Shown here: positions 45,728-55,515 of the stretch, in pieces
Numbering within the stretch: the first letter of the stretch is position 1
Layout of the letters: each line of letters opens with the position of its first letter
Origin: an uncultured Candidatus Bathyarchaeia archaeon
GTDB lineage: Archaea; Thermoproteota; Bathyarchaeia; Bathyarchaeales; Bathyarchaeaceae
Direction of reading: 5' to 3'
Length of the DNA stretch: 64,000 nucleotides
Assembly (NCBI GenBank): GCA_964418675.1
Contig: CAYQMM010000003.1
Span: 152,202-216,201 of the forward strand
The notes under the pieces: generated by a model
What the model saw: only the letters and a program-made list of their open reading frames with translations
Told to the model about the DNA's origin: nothing
The model's database searches: none
Program-made: the position numbers and the translations under genes

Positions 45728-46927
45728 ATGCCACGATACTCCAGCGTTTTCAAGGACGAAAGCAAACTTGACATCAACTACGTCCCACAACACCTACTCC
45801 ACAGAAGACTGCAACTCAATCTCCTAAACCAGTTCTTCCGTTTCGCCACTGAAAACCCTGGAAAAATGACCCAACGCGCCCTAATCATCGGAAAAATCGG
45901 AACCGGCAAAACCGCTCTCTCCCAACACTTCGGTTCACACTTGGTCAATGAGGCGGAGAAACGTAACATCAACCTCAAGTACATCCACGTTAACTGCCGC
46001 GAATCCAAGGGCAGCCTCTTCATGATTCTTCAACGAGTCATCATGAACTTCATTCCCACCTTCCCCAGACGGGGCTACTCAGCAGAGGAGCTGTTGCAGG
46101 CGCTCATGCAGGTTCTCGACGAAAAAGACGCCTATCTAATTTTGACTCTAGACGAGTTGGAAGCCCTTGTCCGCAACGAAGGGTCAGACCCCATCTACAA
46201 CCTCTCCCGCATTCAGGAAGACCGTTTAGATGCTCCAAAAAGGCTCTCCCTTATATGCATCCTCCGCCAACCCGAATACCTGGACAAACTGGACCCAAGC
46301 ACAAGAAGCACCCTCCAACGCAACATAATCCAGCTGGAAGAATACTCAGAGGCACAACTAGAAGACATTCTCAACGACCGGGTGAACCTTGCCTTCAGAG
46401 AGGCAACCGTCCCAACCCAAACAATGAGCCTCATCGCCGAGCAGGGATACTCGGAAGGAGGAAACGCCCGTTACGCCATCGAACTGCTGTGGCGAGCTGG
46501 CAAGTACGCTGATGCCTCGGAGATGCGGGAGGTTTCACCTGAGTGTGTTCGGAGGGCGGTTGTCAGCGTCTACCCGGTTGTGCGGAGGGACATGATTCCC
46601 TCCCTCACTCTTCACGAAAAGTTGTTTCTTCTCGGGGTTGCACGGCATTTCAAGCAAACCGACTCTGCTTACATGTCCATGGGAGAGGCGGAGGAGGCTT
46701 ATGCTCTGATCTGCGAAGAGTATGGTGAGAAGCATCGAGGTCACACCCAACTCTGGAAGTACGTTAAGGGGCTTTCTGCCTCAGGAATAATCGAGACAAT
46801 CGTTTCCGGGGTTGGGCAGCGGGGGAAGACCACCCTCATCAGCCTCTCCAGGGTTCCAGCCTCTGACCTAGAAGAGGAGCTGGTTAAGATTCTCCTGCAG
46901 AAGGAGGGTGAGGCAAGGTGGCAATAG
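45728..46927 (+). CDS. cdc6: Orc1/Cdc6 replication initiator
   Basis: GKIGTGKTA (Walker A), LTLDELE (Walker B-like), an AAA+ lid and a C-terminal winged helix; 399 aa. Confidence 0.9.
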   Translation: MPRYSSVFKDESKLDINYVPQHLLHRRLQLNLLNQFFRFATENPGKMTQRALIIGKIGTGKTALSQHFGSHLVNEAEKRNINLKYIHVNCRESKGSLFMILQRVIMNFIPTFPRRGYSAEELLQALMQVLDEKDAYLILTLDELEALVRNEGSDPIYNLSRIQEDRLDAPKRLSLICILRQPEYLDKLDPSTRSTLQRNIIQLEEYSEAQLEDILNDRVNLAFREATVPTQTMSLIAEQGYSEGGNARYAIELLWRAGKYADASEMREVSPECVRRAVVSVYPVVRRDMIPSLTLHEKLFLLGVARHFKQTDSAYMSMGEAEEAYALICEEYGEKHRGHTQLWKYVKGLSASGIIETIVSGVGQRGKTTLISLSRVPASDLEEELVKILLQKEGEARWQ

Positions 46928-47184
46928 AGGATGTTTTCTCGTCAAAAGGGCGAGTGAAAATTCTCAAGATTCTGGCTGAGATTGGAGAACTGAACATCTC
47001 AGAAATTGCTAGGCGAGCAGGATTAAACTACACCACCACAAACCAACACCTGCAAGTTCTGGAGAACCACAATCTTGTCCGTCACAAGACGTTCGGAAGA
47101 ATCCGCATCTTCCGCTTTGACCAAGAAAATCCCCGAGCAAAAATGATCAAAAAACTCATAGATTTCTGGGAACAAACAAAATAA
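46918..47184 (+). CDS. Small ArsR-like winged-helix protein
   Basis: RVKILKILAEIGELNISEIARRAGLNYTTTNQHLQVLENHNLV. It overlaps the cdc6 stop by 10 nt. Confidence 0.7.
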   Translation: MAIEDVFSSKGRVKILKILAEIGELNISEIARRAGLNYTTTNQHLQVLENHNLVRHKTFGRIRIFRFDQENPRAKMIKKLIDFWEQTK

Positions 47185-47223
47185 GCCTAGATCAAATATG
47201 AATAATTAGGTGGAGAAGTTTAG

Positions 47224-47667
47224 ATGACGATGGTTGATGTTACGGCGAAGCCGGAAGTTTATCGGGAAGCCAAGGCGAAGGGAGCTATCAAGCTGAAGGC
47301 TGAGACTATACGGCTGATCAGAGCGGGAAAGGTTGAGAAGGGTGACCCCTTTCAGGTGGCGAAGGTCGCCGGAATCTTGGCGGCTAAGAAAACAAGCACG
47401 TTGATTCCCCTCTGTCACCCCCTACCCTTAACTGGCATAGAGGTTGAACTGCACATCGTTGACGACTCTAAGGTGGAGGTTGAAACAACAGTTAAGACCC
47501 GAGCACAGACAGGGGTGGAGATGGAAGCTCTCACCGCAGCAGCAACAGCCCTCTTAACGGTTTGGGACATGACCAAACAGTACGAAAAAGATAAAAATGG
47601 ACAGTATCCCCACACCAGCATCCAAGAATTACATGTGGTCAGCAAGGTAAAGGAGAGACGAGTGTGA
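47224..47667 (+). CDS. moaC: Cyclic pyranopterin monophosphate synthase MoaC
   Basis: MVDV..K....R.A.A.G, IPLCHPLPL and GVEMEALTAA. Confidence 0.9.
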   Translation: MTMVDVTAKPEVYREAKAKGAIKLKAETIRLIRAGKVEKGDPFQVAKVAGILAAKKTSTLIPLCHPLPLTGIEVELHIVDDSKVEVETTVKTRAQTGVEMEALTAAATALLTVWDMTKQYEKDKNGQYPHTSIQELHVVSKVKERRV

Positions 47668-48197
47668 GCGAGACCGCCCGCCAACACAAGAGTGAGGCAC
47701 CTAAAAAGCTCAACTTTGCAGTTATAGTTGCCAGTTCCTCCAGGTATCAGAAACTCAATGCAAAAGAACCCTTCAGCGACCCCTCAGGTGACCTGATTGC
47801 TGAGCTTCTACAGAAGGCGGGTCACAGCGTCGCTTCACGGGACATTTTGCCTGATGACCGAGTGCTAATCGGAGAATATGTGGGAAACGCCATAGGGTCA
47901 GAAAATGTGGACGCTGTTATAGTGTGCGGCGGAACTGGAGTCAGCCTCAAGGATGTGACAATCGAGACGGTACGACCCCTGCTGATCAAGACCTTGCCTG
48001 GGTTTGGAGAGCTGTTCAGGAAACTGAGCTACGATGAGATTGGTTCAGCAGCAATCATGACCCGAGCCCTAGCTGGAACCACAGATCAGGGAAAAGCCGT
48101 CTTCTGTATCCCCGGCTCGCCGCAGGCAGTTAAACTTGTCATGGAAAAGCTCATCATACCCGAAACAGGTCACATACTGAAACACGCCCGCGAATAG
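47664..48197 (+). CDS. moaB: Molybdenum cofactor biosynthesis protein MoaB/MogA family
   Basis: VDAVIVCGGTGVSLKDVT, and PGSP near the C-terminus. Confidence 0.85.
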   Translation: MSETARQHKSEAPKKLNFAVIVASSSRYQKLNAKEPFSDPSGDLIAELLQKAGHSVASRDILPDDRVLIGEYVGNAIGSENVDAVIVCGGTGVSLKDVTIETVRPLLIKTLPGFGELFRKLSYDEIGSAAIMTRALAGTTDQGKAVFCIPGSPQAVKLVMEKLIIPETGHILKHARE

Positions 48198-48374
48198 TTG
48201 GCTCAATGGTGAAGGGATAAAGATAATTGTTGAAAAGCTCTTTCTAACCCATGTCAGCATTTGAAGTGTCAGTCTACAAGCTTGCAAGTCTAACGTTAAA
48301 AGATTTAAAATTGCTTTTTACGTTAAGTTTAAAACAAAAATTCTATTATATGGAAGCAAAGGAGACACTTAGCC

Positions 48375-48962
48375 TTGAGTAAGGGACGACATCTTGATAA
48401 ACGGAAGAAGACCATTACGCGGACTTTCAGGATTAGATATGAGTGGGACGACGTTCTGCAACAGGAGGCGGCGCGGCAGGGAGTCAGCGTTAACGTCTTG
48501 TTGAATAAGATTCTCCGAAAATACTCACGTTACGCTAGGTGGGCAGACAGGAACAATGACATGAGTTTGTCCCAGCAAACTCTCCGAGAGATTTTAAAGA
48601 CACTTCCAGTTGAGAGATTAGCTGAAGCAGGGTCCAAGTCCGGAGCTTCCGATGCCATAAACATCGTGAACGCCATGGGACTCCGTTCAGATTATGACTC
48701 CTTCGTCTACTTGGTAACCGAACACCTGGGAGGTCCCAATTTTGCAAGGTGGTTCCAAAGTTTCCATCACACTCAAGGAAACACGGATATCTTTCATTTA
48801 CAACATGACCTTGGACGCGGATGGAGCGTCTACCTAGAAAAATATGTTCTCGCTTACTTGAAGTCCATGGCAGACACGGAGGTTAAGACAAGGGTCTACG
48901 ATTACGCAGTTACCTTTGAGATAACGCGACCCCGATCAAAACCCCTTGAGAAGCCACGATAA
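48375..48962 (+). CDS. Hypothetical protein with an N-terminal ribbon-helix-helix-like segment
   Basis: TITRTFRIRYEWDDVLQQEAARQGVSVNVLLNKILRKY resembles a CopG/RHH strand plus two helices. The remaining ~140 aa are unassigned. Confidence 0.45.
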   Translation: MSKGRHLDKRKKTITRTFRIRYEWDDVLQQEAARQGVSVNVLLNKILRKYSRYARWADRNNDMSLSQQTLREILKTLPVERLAEAGSKSGASDAINIVNAMGLRSDYDSFVYLVTEHLGGPNFARWFQSFHHTQGNTDIFHLQHDLGRGWSVYLEKYVLAYLKSMADTEVKTRVYDYAVTFEITRPRSKPLEKPR

Positions 48963-49015
48963 CCTGACTCAATTCTCAATAGAATATGTCTCAGTAAAAC
49001 ACGGCAACACAGTTG

Positions 49016-49630
49016 CTACTTTTTGGCTCTCTTGAACTTGTTCACCATATCGAAGATGTCAGCCATTCTCTCCTGGATCTCAAGGGCGTTGAAAACAACT
49101 GCTCCCACATGATCCGCTAAAAACTCGTACTTCTCAATCGTTTCAGGGGTGAACATGTTTTCTCGAGGATCGTCCATCTGGATCAACCCTAATGTTTTGT
49201 CGCATACTCGCATGGGAATCAAAGCCACAGATTCGTAGCCGCTGTAATAGCACATATTTCTTAATTGCCCTAAACTCTCCTTTGAGAAGCTACCCAAAAG
49301 CTGTGTTGTACTATTGGTCCAGAAGCTTCCCTTCTCTGTAAAATACGGAAGTTTCGGGTCGAATCGTCCCTTGAGGACGTTCCCGCACATACACTCCAGA
49401 AGAAAATTACCCTCATCATCGCGAAGGGGCTTGCCTTTTTCGTCTCTTGCACAGAGACTGTTCTCCTTAAGGATGAAAAAATCTGGGAACCCATCTTGCA
49501 CGTAGTAAGGGTAGTCTCCATCCTTATGCAGTCTGATGCCGATGCTTTGGCAACCGGACAGGGTATGAATTTCCTCAAGAATCTCTGTTAAGACTTGCTC
49601 GAGGGCGTAGTCCTTTGTTTTCTCAGTCAT
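49016..49630 (-). CDS. GAF-domain protein
   Basis: The 204-aa ORF has ...GCQSIGIRL..., YESVALIPM and LGLIQMDD, patterns typical of GAF sensor domains. Confidence 0.65.
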   Translation of the reverse strand: MTEKTKDYALEQVLTEILEEIHTLSGCQSIGIRLHKDGDYPYYVQDGFPDFFILKENSLCARDEKGKPLRDDEGNFLLECMCGNVLKGRFDPKLPYFTEKGSFWTNSTTQLLGSFSKESLGQLRNMCYYSGYESVALIPMRVCDKTLGLIQMDDPRENMFTPETIEKYEFLADHVGAVVFNALEIQERMADIFDMVNKFKRAKK

Positions 49631-49780
49631 TTTTCTGCTTCCAACCAGACCTCTCTAGTTAGAGGGAACTACTAATAAAATTTAGTGTTTGCACTTGAAT
49701 ACACTGTGTTGCAGTGTGGACGCTCATCTTAATTGTCGTGACGGCGAATAATGCCTTAGGACCTAGAGAGGAAAGTCGCT

Positions 49781-50068
49781 ATGAGCAATAATGTTACAGA
49801 TTTAGATAAGAAGGTCACATCAGAACTGCCGATGCCGTCTCCTATTCCCTCAGAGAAGCACATGCTGTTCCAGATTTTTTTCTTGGATTACGATCAGAGC
49901 CAAAGCGTTGAAGTCGTAGAAACTGACGAGATAGATTTTGGGGAGATTATTCAGCGCCTAAAAATGGGAGAATCAGTTTTCATCAAATACAAAAACACGG
50001 AAAAACTTGAACCCCATCCGAAGCTAAAAGAGGGAAGACAGAGCCCTTGGTACTTCACTCGTTGCTGA
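49781..50068 (+). CDS. Hypothetical protein
   Basis: A 95-aa ORF preceded by a motif shared with the next small gene (see findings). Confidence 0.35.
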   Translation: MSNNVTDLDKKVTSELPMPSPIPSEKHMLFQIFFLDYDQSQSVEVVETDEIDFGEIIQRLKMGESVFIKYKNTEKLEPHPKLKEGRQSPWYFTRC

Positions 50069-50305
50069 GGTGCCGCACTGAAGGAGCCGTTTACTTAGGT
50101 CACATGGCTCTTGGAAAGGTTTAGAAGGAAGTTTTAACGGTGAAACTTGAAAACGCACCCCTTCTCTCCTAGAGCAACTTTCAACCTCTGAACCCCAAAG
50201 AGGTCACGTGACCATAGTTTACAATTGAACACAATATCTTGCACCGTGGACGTCCCGCTTAATTACGAATTAGGCATATGAGAAGAAAGAGAGAGGTGCT
50301 TTAGA

Positions 50306-50506
50306 GTGGAAAGGAGCTTAATGCTTTCAGATAGGGCTAAAGACCCAACGCGTTTGGATGTGGTAATTGAAAAAACGGAGTTTAGGCAACGTGTCCACCA
50401 AGTTCAATGTCAAGATCGGTGGGTAAACGGTTGTCAAGCTGGAAAATGTTCAGTATTCCAAGTCACGGGTGGTAATTATTACTGTACACAAAAACGGCTT
50501 GGTTAG
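50306..50506 (+). CDS. Hypothetical small Cys-containing protein
   Basis: A 66-aa ORF with CQDRWVNGCQAGKC...YYC. Confidence 0.3.
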   Translation: MERSLMLSDRAKDPTRLDVVIEKTEFRQRVHQVQCQDRWVNGCQAGKCSVFQVTGGNYYCTQKRLG

Positions 50507-50518
50507 AGTTGAGAAAAT

Positions 50519-50782
50519 TTGAGTAAAAGAAGTATCCTTGAAATATCTGCCGATGTTTTGCGGACCGCGAAGAAAGGAGCCGTAAAGACCCGTATTATGC
50601 ACAAATCGAATTTGAACTTCAAAATAACTGAGAAGTATCTGGAGCATCTAAGAAGTGCAGGTCTGATAATGGGTCCAATGGGCGAAGGCAACATATTTCT
50701 AACAACTGACAAAGGTGTCAAGTACCTCCATCAGTTTGAAGACCTCAAAAGCTACCTAGAAAACCCATGCTTTGAACCCTGA
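50519..50782 (+). CDS. Winged-helix DNA-binding protein (HTH_45-like)
   Basis: ILEISADVLRTAKKGAVKTRIMHKSNLNFKITEKYLEHLRSAGLI...TDKGVKYL. Confidence 0.6.
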   Translation: MSKRSILEISADVLRTAKKGAVKTRIMHKSNLNFKITEKYLEHLRSAGLIMGPMGEGNIFLTTDKGVKYLHQFEDLKSYLENPCFEP

Positions 50783-50808
50783 AATACACACAACAGAGGA
50801 CAAAAGCT

Positions 50809-50898
50809 ATGTCAACAGAACTATTTTCAATCTTTGCGGGCGCTGGTTTTGGAATCTTTGCCTTCGTAATAATTAGGATTTGGATGAAATATACATAA
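50809..50898 (+). CDS. Possible 29-aa single-TM peptide
   Basis: My own translation is MSTELFSIFAGAGFGIFAFVIIRIWMKYT. A GAGGA lies 13 nt upstream. It is below the track threshold. Confidence 0.25.
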   Translation: MSTELFSIFAGAGFGIFAFVIIRIWMKYT

Positions 50899-50923
50899 AA
50901 TGTTAGCAGGTGAATAGACCGCA

Positions 50924-51187
50924 TTGATTTATCTTGCTGGTATCAAGACGGATAATGGAGGAAAAAGCACGCCAAAAGTTATTGTCAATTGGAACCGATG
51001 CAGCGGTAAAGGCACCTGCATAGAAATCTGCCCAGTCGATGTCTTCGAACTCCAAGAAATCAAGGAGCATCCAGAGACCCTTAAAGCGGTTCCTGTCAAG
51101 ATGGATGCCTGTATCCTCTGCATGAAATGTGTTCCTGCCTGTATCGAAGAGGCTATAACCGTCAAGAAAGACGAGGAAACCTGGTAG
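50924..51187 (+). CDS. 4Fe-4S ferredoxin-type protein
   Basis: There are two cluster motifs: C..KGTCIEICP and CILCMKCVPAC. Confidence 0.8.
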   Translation: MIYLAGIKTDNGGKSTPKVIVNWNRCSGKGTCIEICPVDVFELQEIKEHPETLKAVPVKMDACILCMKCVPACIEEAITVKKDEETW

Positions 51188-51207
51188 AGGTACGCTGTTA
51201 CCTCGCT

Positions 51208-51942
51208 CTAGCTTATGTATCGCGGCTCTTTTTGTCTACCCACTTCAGGCATTCTACCTTCTCTGATTCTTTCTATTTTCTGCTCCATCTCTTCAGCCTG
51301 GCGTTCTAGCTCAGACAAATCTATCTTGATACCCAAAATTTTGGTTAGAGTGCTGAGAACAGAGTGAACGGATCTAGGTTGAGGCACATCTAAATATCTT
51401 ATCTCACAAAGGAGGCATATGCCGTCAATCCCCCTCTGCTGTGCGATTCCGATGAGGAGCCCGTTGAGTCCAGTGATTCTTCCATCCCCGCTGATTAGCT
51501 TAACTCCTTCTTCTTTCAAAAAGTCTCTGAGCTCAGACTTGTTAACTACTCCGAAGACCCGGGGCTTCACGTCACGAGGATTGGGAACCGCTGCAATGGT
51601 GTAGACCCTTTTGACGCCAAACTCCTCAGCGACATCCAAAACTTGGTTAGCCAGCTGCTGTATGGCGCTTAGGGATTGGGGCTGAATCTCCCCACTGCAA
51701 ATTATCAGGTCGCCATGTTCTCCATGCCAATAGTGAAAGTGGTGTCGGTATTGGCTGAGTTCTCCCACACCATCCTTGAAGTAGATGTCGTTGCTTGCGC
51801 TACGGATTTCAGCAAACTGTTTCGCATCCAACTGTTGGATAAGGTAATCAGCTGACATCCTAGCCAGCATTCCCATGCCAGGCCAAGAGGCAATTAAGGT
51901 TGGGTTTGTAAGTGAGGGCTTTTCCTCGAAGTATACTTCCAT
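51208..51942 (-). CDS. PAC2-family proteasome assembly chaperone-like protein
   Basis: The 244-aa ORF reads LIASWPGMGMLARMSADYLI..., with the C-terminal tail ending ...PRYIS. Confidence 0.65.
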   Translation of the reverse strand: MEVYFEEKPSLTNPTLIASWPGMGMLARMSADYLIQQLDAKQFAEIRSASNDIYFKDGVGELSQYRHHFHYWHGEHGDLIICSGEIQPQSLSAIQQLANQVLDVAEEFGVKRVYTIAAVPNPRDVKPRVFGVVNKSELRDFLKEEGVKLISGDGRITGLNGLLIGIAQQRGIDGICLLCEIRYLDVPQPRSVHSVLSTLTKILGIKIDLSELERQAEEMEQKIERIREGRMPEVGRQKEPRYIS

Positions 51943-52097
51943 GCTCCTATCTCCGCGGCTACTCTTCCATGTTTTTGAAGTGTGCGTGGAACTTATTAAT
52001 CGTTCCTAGCGTTATGGCAACCGTTAAAGAGTGGCGAAAACTGAAAACCTAAAAGCAGCGGGAACCCATAATCTTCCATCGAACCCTGGAGTGTCCT

Positions 52098-52505
52098 TTG
52101 TTGATTTTGCAATTACAGCGACGCCATGTTGATTTGTTGAAGCAAGAAGCAAGGAAGGCGCATCCAATTGAGGCTTGCGCAATGCTCTTCGGAAAATTGT
52201 CTAAGGATGAAGCGTCGGTGGAAAAAGTTGAGGTTGCTACAAACGAGTTACAGTCCACTGTAAGGTTTGAAATTGACCCTATGAGGGTTGTTGCCGCCTT
52301 CAATGAGGCTGAGAGGGAAGGTTTAGAGTTTATAGGTTTGTTTCATTCTCATCCAGCCCCAGCTGCTCCTTCACCCATTGACATCAAATTCATGAAATTG
52401 TGGGGAGATGCTCTCTGGTTAATCTTGTCTTCGACTGACGACAACTTAGCCGCATACCAAATTAAGGACGAGAAGGTAGAGGAAGCAATTATAAGAATCG
52501 CATAG
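52098..52505 (+). CDS. JAMM/MPN+ metalloprotease
   Basis: HPIEACAMLFG (catalytic Glu region) and GLFHSHPAPAAPSPIDI (HxHx7Sx2D JAMM motif). Confidence 0.85.
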   Translation: MLILQLQRRHVDLLKQEARKAHPIEACAMLFGKLSKDEASVEKVEVATNELQSTVRFEIDPMRVVAAFNEAEREGLEFIGLFHSHPAPAAPSPIDIKFMKLWGDALWLILSSTDDNLAAYQIKDEKVEEAIIRIA

Positions 52506-52519
52506 TAGTTTCTTACAAA

Positions 52520-53755
52520 ATGAGGGATAAATCATTGATGCCTTCAGTGGACGTGGTTATTGTCGGGAACGGTGTTGCGGGTGTAACAGCTGCAAGAATC
52601 ATAAAAGAGAAAAATCCTGAAGCAAGAGTCTCCATTTACACAGATGAGAATCACCAGTACTATCCTCGCCCCAGACTCTACGAAGTCCTGTCTGGGGAAG
52701 CTGAACCCCGAGAAATCTATATGTTTCCTGAGAAGTGGTATGAAAAGAGTGGAATCAAGGTTCATCTAAAAAAGAAGGCAACAAGCATTGACATAGACAG
52801 GAAGGAACTGGTGCTGGAGGATCAGACAAGAGTAAGCTATGACAAACTTCTCTTGGCAAACGGCGGGCACTCATTCATTCCCCCCATCAAAGGGGTGGAA
52901 AAGACCGGAGTTTTCACTCTACGCTCCATCAGAGATGCCCTGACCATAAGAGAATTCACGAAAAAATCAGAGAAGGCAATTGTTATTGGCGGCGGGCTAT
53001 TAGGCTTGGAATTCGCTGCTTCCTTGAGGAAACTGGGGCAGCAGGTAGAGGTTGTGGAGATATTTCCGAGGTTATTGCCGAGGCAACTAGATCAGGATGG
53101 AGCCGCCATTTTGAAGAATCGAATTGCATCTCGCGGCATAGACATTGTTTTAGGCGTCAAAACCGTGGAGATTCGAGGCAGCGAGAGGGTTGCAGGTATC
53201 TTGCTTGACAGTGGAGAAATGGTTTCTGGAGACCTTGTTTTGATTTGTGCGGGAATGAGGTCTAACGCCCAATTGGCTTTGGAGGCTGGAATCAAAGTTA
53301 ACAGAGGGGTCGTGGTTGACGGTTATCTGCGAACCAGTACCGAGGATGTGTATGCCGTGGGTGATGTAGCGGAGTTTGAAGGAAGAGTTTACGGCATAAT
53401 TCCTGCTGCGTTGGAACAAGCGACGATAGCAGCCACGAACCTCATGAAGGAGGAACAAAAAGTCTACACAGGAACAATTCCATCCAACACATTGGATATC
53501 GTTGGCATAGACCTAACTTCCATGGGAATCGTCAACCCCGAAGAAGCAAAGTACGAAGAGGTTAAAAAAGTAGATGACACGCAAGGCGTCTACAAGAAAC
53601 TAGTTCTAGACCAAGGAAAAATCGTGGGCGCCATACTCCTCGGAACCAAAAAAGGTCTAACAGCAATAAAACAACTAATGAGCCAAGAAATAGACATCAC
53701 CAAATACAAAGACTCAATTCTGAATGATGACTTCGACTACAAACAAGTAACCTGA
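52520..53755 (+). CDS. FAD/NAD(P)-dependent pyridine nucleotide-disulfide oxidoreductase family protein
   Basis: VVIVGNGVAGVTAA (FAD GxGxxG), AIVIGGGLLGLEFA (NAD GxGxxG) and YAVGDVAE. Confidence 0.8.
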   Translation: MRDKSLMPSVDVVIVGNGVAGVTAARIIKEKNPEARVSIYTDENHQYYPRPRLYEVLSGEAEPREIYMFPEKWYEKSGIKVHLKKKATSIDIDRKELVLEDQTRVSYDKLLLANGGHSFIPPIKGVEKTGVFTLRSIRDALTIREFTKKSEKAIVIGGGLLGLEFAASLRKLGQQVEVVEIFPRLLPRQLDQDGAAILKNRIASRGIDIVLGVKTVEIRGSERVAGILLDSGEMVSGDLVLICAGMRSNAQLALEAGIKVNRGVVVDGYLRTSTEDVYAVGDVAEFEGRVYGIIPAALEQATIAATNLMKEEQKVYTGTIPSNTLDIVGIDLTSMGIVNPEEAKYEEVKKVDDTQGVYKKLVLDQGKIVGAILLGTKKGLTAIKQLMSQEIDITKYKDSILNDDFDYKQVT

Positions 53756-53810
53756 AAGGTCAACAATGCTGTCACGCCAAAGATGCCCTTTTCCAGATTT
53801 GGGAGCAGTT

Positions 53811-54758
53811 TTATTCTTCAGCGTCCTCGACGCCTTTCTCCGTGATTTTGAATCGCGTCTTATTTTCGGGTAGGTTTGGAGAGTCTATGACTGTAGCTAT
53901 CCTAGTTCCTTTTCCTCCTTTCCGCAGGTAGACTCTGTGCGTGCAGGCGTGGGCCATGACGTTTCCGCCTGCGGGTTTGTTGGGGTCTCCGAAAAATGCT
54001 GTAGGGTTAGCTTGAACTTGATTTGTAATCACGACGGCTATGTTGTATGCTTCTGTTAGCCGATTCAGCTTGTGGAGTTGGCTGTTGAGTTTCTGTTGGC
54101 GCTCGGAAAGGTTTTCTCTGCCAACGTATTCGCCTCTGAAGTGTCCAATCATGGAGTCTACGACAACTAGTTTTACGTTGTTTTCTGGACAGAACTTCAG
54201 GAGGTGATCTGTAAGCAAAGATTGATGGCTGCTGTTGTATGCTCGGGCTAGAAAGATGTTACTTAAAGTTTGGTGGGGGTCAAGTCCTAGTGCCTCAGCT
54301 ATTTGGTAAACTCGTTCAGGTATGAACGTCCCTTCCGTATCGACGTAGACAGCGTTTCCCTCTAATCCTCCCTGTTCCACTGGAAGCTGGACCATAACGC
54401 AGAGCGTCAGAGAAATCTGGGTTTTGCCTACTCCATATTCGCCTATGAGTTCGGTCATGGCTTGGGTTTCGATTCCGCCCCCCAAGAGTTCGTTCAGGTT
54501 CTTGGAGCCGGTAGAGCATTTGAGCATATCCTGTCTCTTTTTCCACAATTCCTCTGCAGTTATGAAGTCGACACCCAATTTTTCTCTGGCGGCAGATACA
54601 AGGTTAAGAACGGTGTTGAAGCCTATCCCCGTCTTCTCCGCTATCTCTTTGGGTGGAGTCACGGCAATTGCCGCTGCCGTTGTGAGCCCGGCTGATTCTA
54701 GTTTGTTGGCTGTGGCGGGTCCGACGCCGGGAAGGTTTTTCAGGTCATTATCTTCCAT
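53811..54758 (-). CDS. radA: DNA repair and recombination protein RadA
   Basis: An N-terminal HhH (LPGVGPATANKL), GEYGVGKTQ (Walker A), VVVDS (Walker B) and a C-terminal region typical of RadA/Rad51. Confidence 0.93.
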   Translation of the reverse strand: MEDNDLKNLPGVGPATANKLESAGLTTAAAIAVTPPKEIAEKTGIGFNTVLNLVSAAREKLGVDFITAEELWKKRQDMLKCSTGSKNLNELLGGGIETQAMTELIGEYGVGKTQISLTLCVMVQLPVEQGGLEGNAVYVDTEGTFIPERVYQIAEALGLDPHQTLSNIFLARAYNSSHQSLLTDHLLKFCPENNVKLVVVDSMIGHFRGEYVGRENLSERQQKLNSQLHKLNRLTEAYNIAVVITNQVQANPTAFFGDPNKPAGGNVMAHACTHRVYLRKGGKGTRIATVIDSPNLPENKTRFKITEKGVEDAEE

Positions 54759-54988
54759 CTTAATCTCACCTTTATTTCAAGATTCAAATTATCGTTCGAT
54801 GTTTGCTATGGAATCAGCGAGAGTTGTTTTAAGCTCTGTGGCACAACGTATGACTACAGAGAGGGGGGAGATTAGTGAAAGTAATTTTATTTTTTTGGAG
54901 AGAGTAAGACATATTTACTTTTGTTTACTTAGAACCCTTCCAACCTGATGTTGGTTAAATATAAAAGCAGAGAAGGCATGGTTGACCC

Positions 54989-55486
54989 ATGGTTTTGATG
55001 GCTAACTATAGGCTTCGACGGTTTAAACCCTCTGATTTAAAGGGGGTAATCCGAATAAATCGGGAATGTCTTCCCGAAAACTACACCACCCTCTTCTTCA
55101 TGAATCTGTACAAACGCTTCCCAGAAACATTCATTGTCGCTGAAGCAAATGGAGAGATAGTGGGCTACATCATGTGCCGCATCGAAACCGGAATCCCAAG
55201 CTTCAAGATACTGGGAATAACAAGGAAAGGACATGTGATCTCCATCGCAGTCTTATCTGGGCATCAGAAGAAAGGCATCGGTTTTGCCCTTGTACAAGAG
55301 GCGATGCAAGCCATAGTAGACTACAAGGCAAAAGAATGCTACTTGGAGGTCAGGACAAGCAATTCACCCGCTATAGAGCTTTACAGAAAACTGGGGTTTG
55401 AAGTCACGCGTACAATCAGAGATTACTATGCGGACGGAGAAGATGCCTTCCTTATGGCAAGACAACTGCCCCTTTCGATAGAATAA
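54989..55486 (+). CDS. rimI: N-acetyltransferase (RimI / archaeal Nat, Ard1-like)
   Basis: ISIAVLSGHQKKGIGFALV (Q/RxxGxG/A acetyl-CoA motif) and LEVRTSNSPAIELYRKLGF. Confidence 0.85.
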   Translation: MVLMANYRLRRFKPSDLKGVIRINRECLPENYTTLFFMNLYKRFPETFIVAEANGEIVGYIMCRIETGIPSFKILGITRKGHVISIAVLSGHQKKGIGFALVQEAMQAIVDYKAKECYLEVRTSNSPAIELYRKLGFEVTRTIRDYYADGEDAFLMARQLPLSIE

Positions 55487-55515
55487 ACAACAAGCGATTT
55501 TCCTAAAATAGAAAT

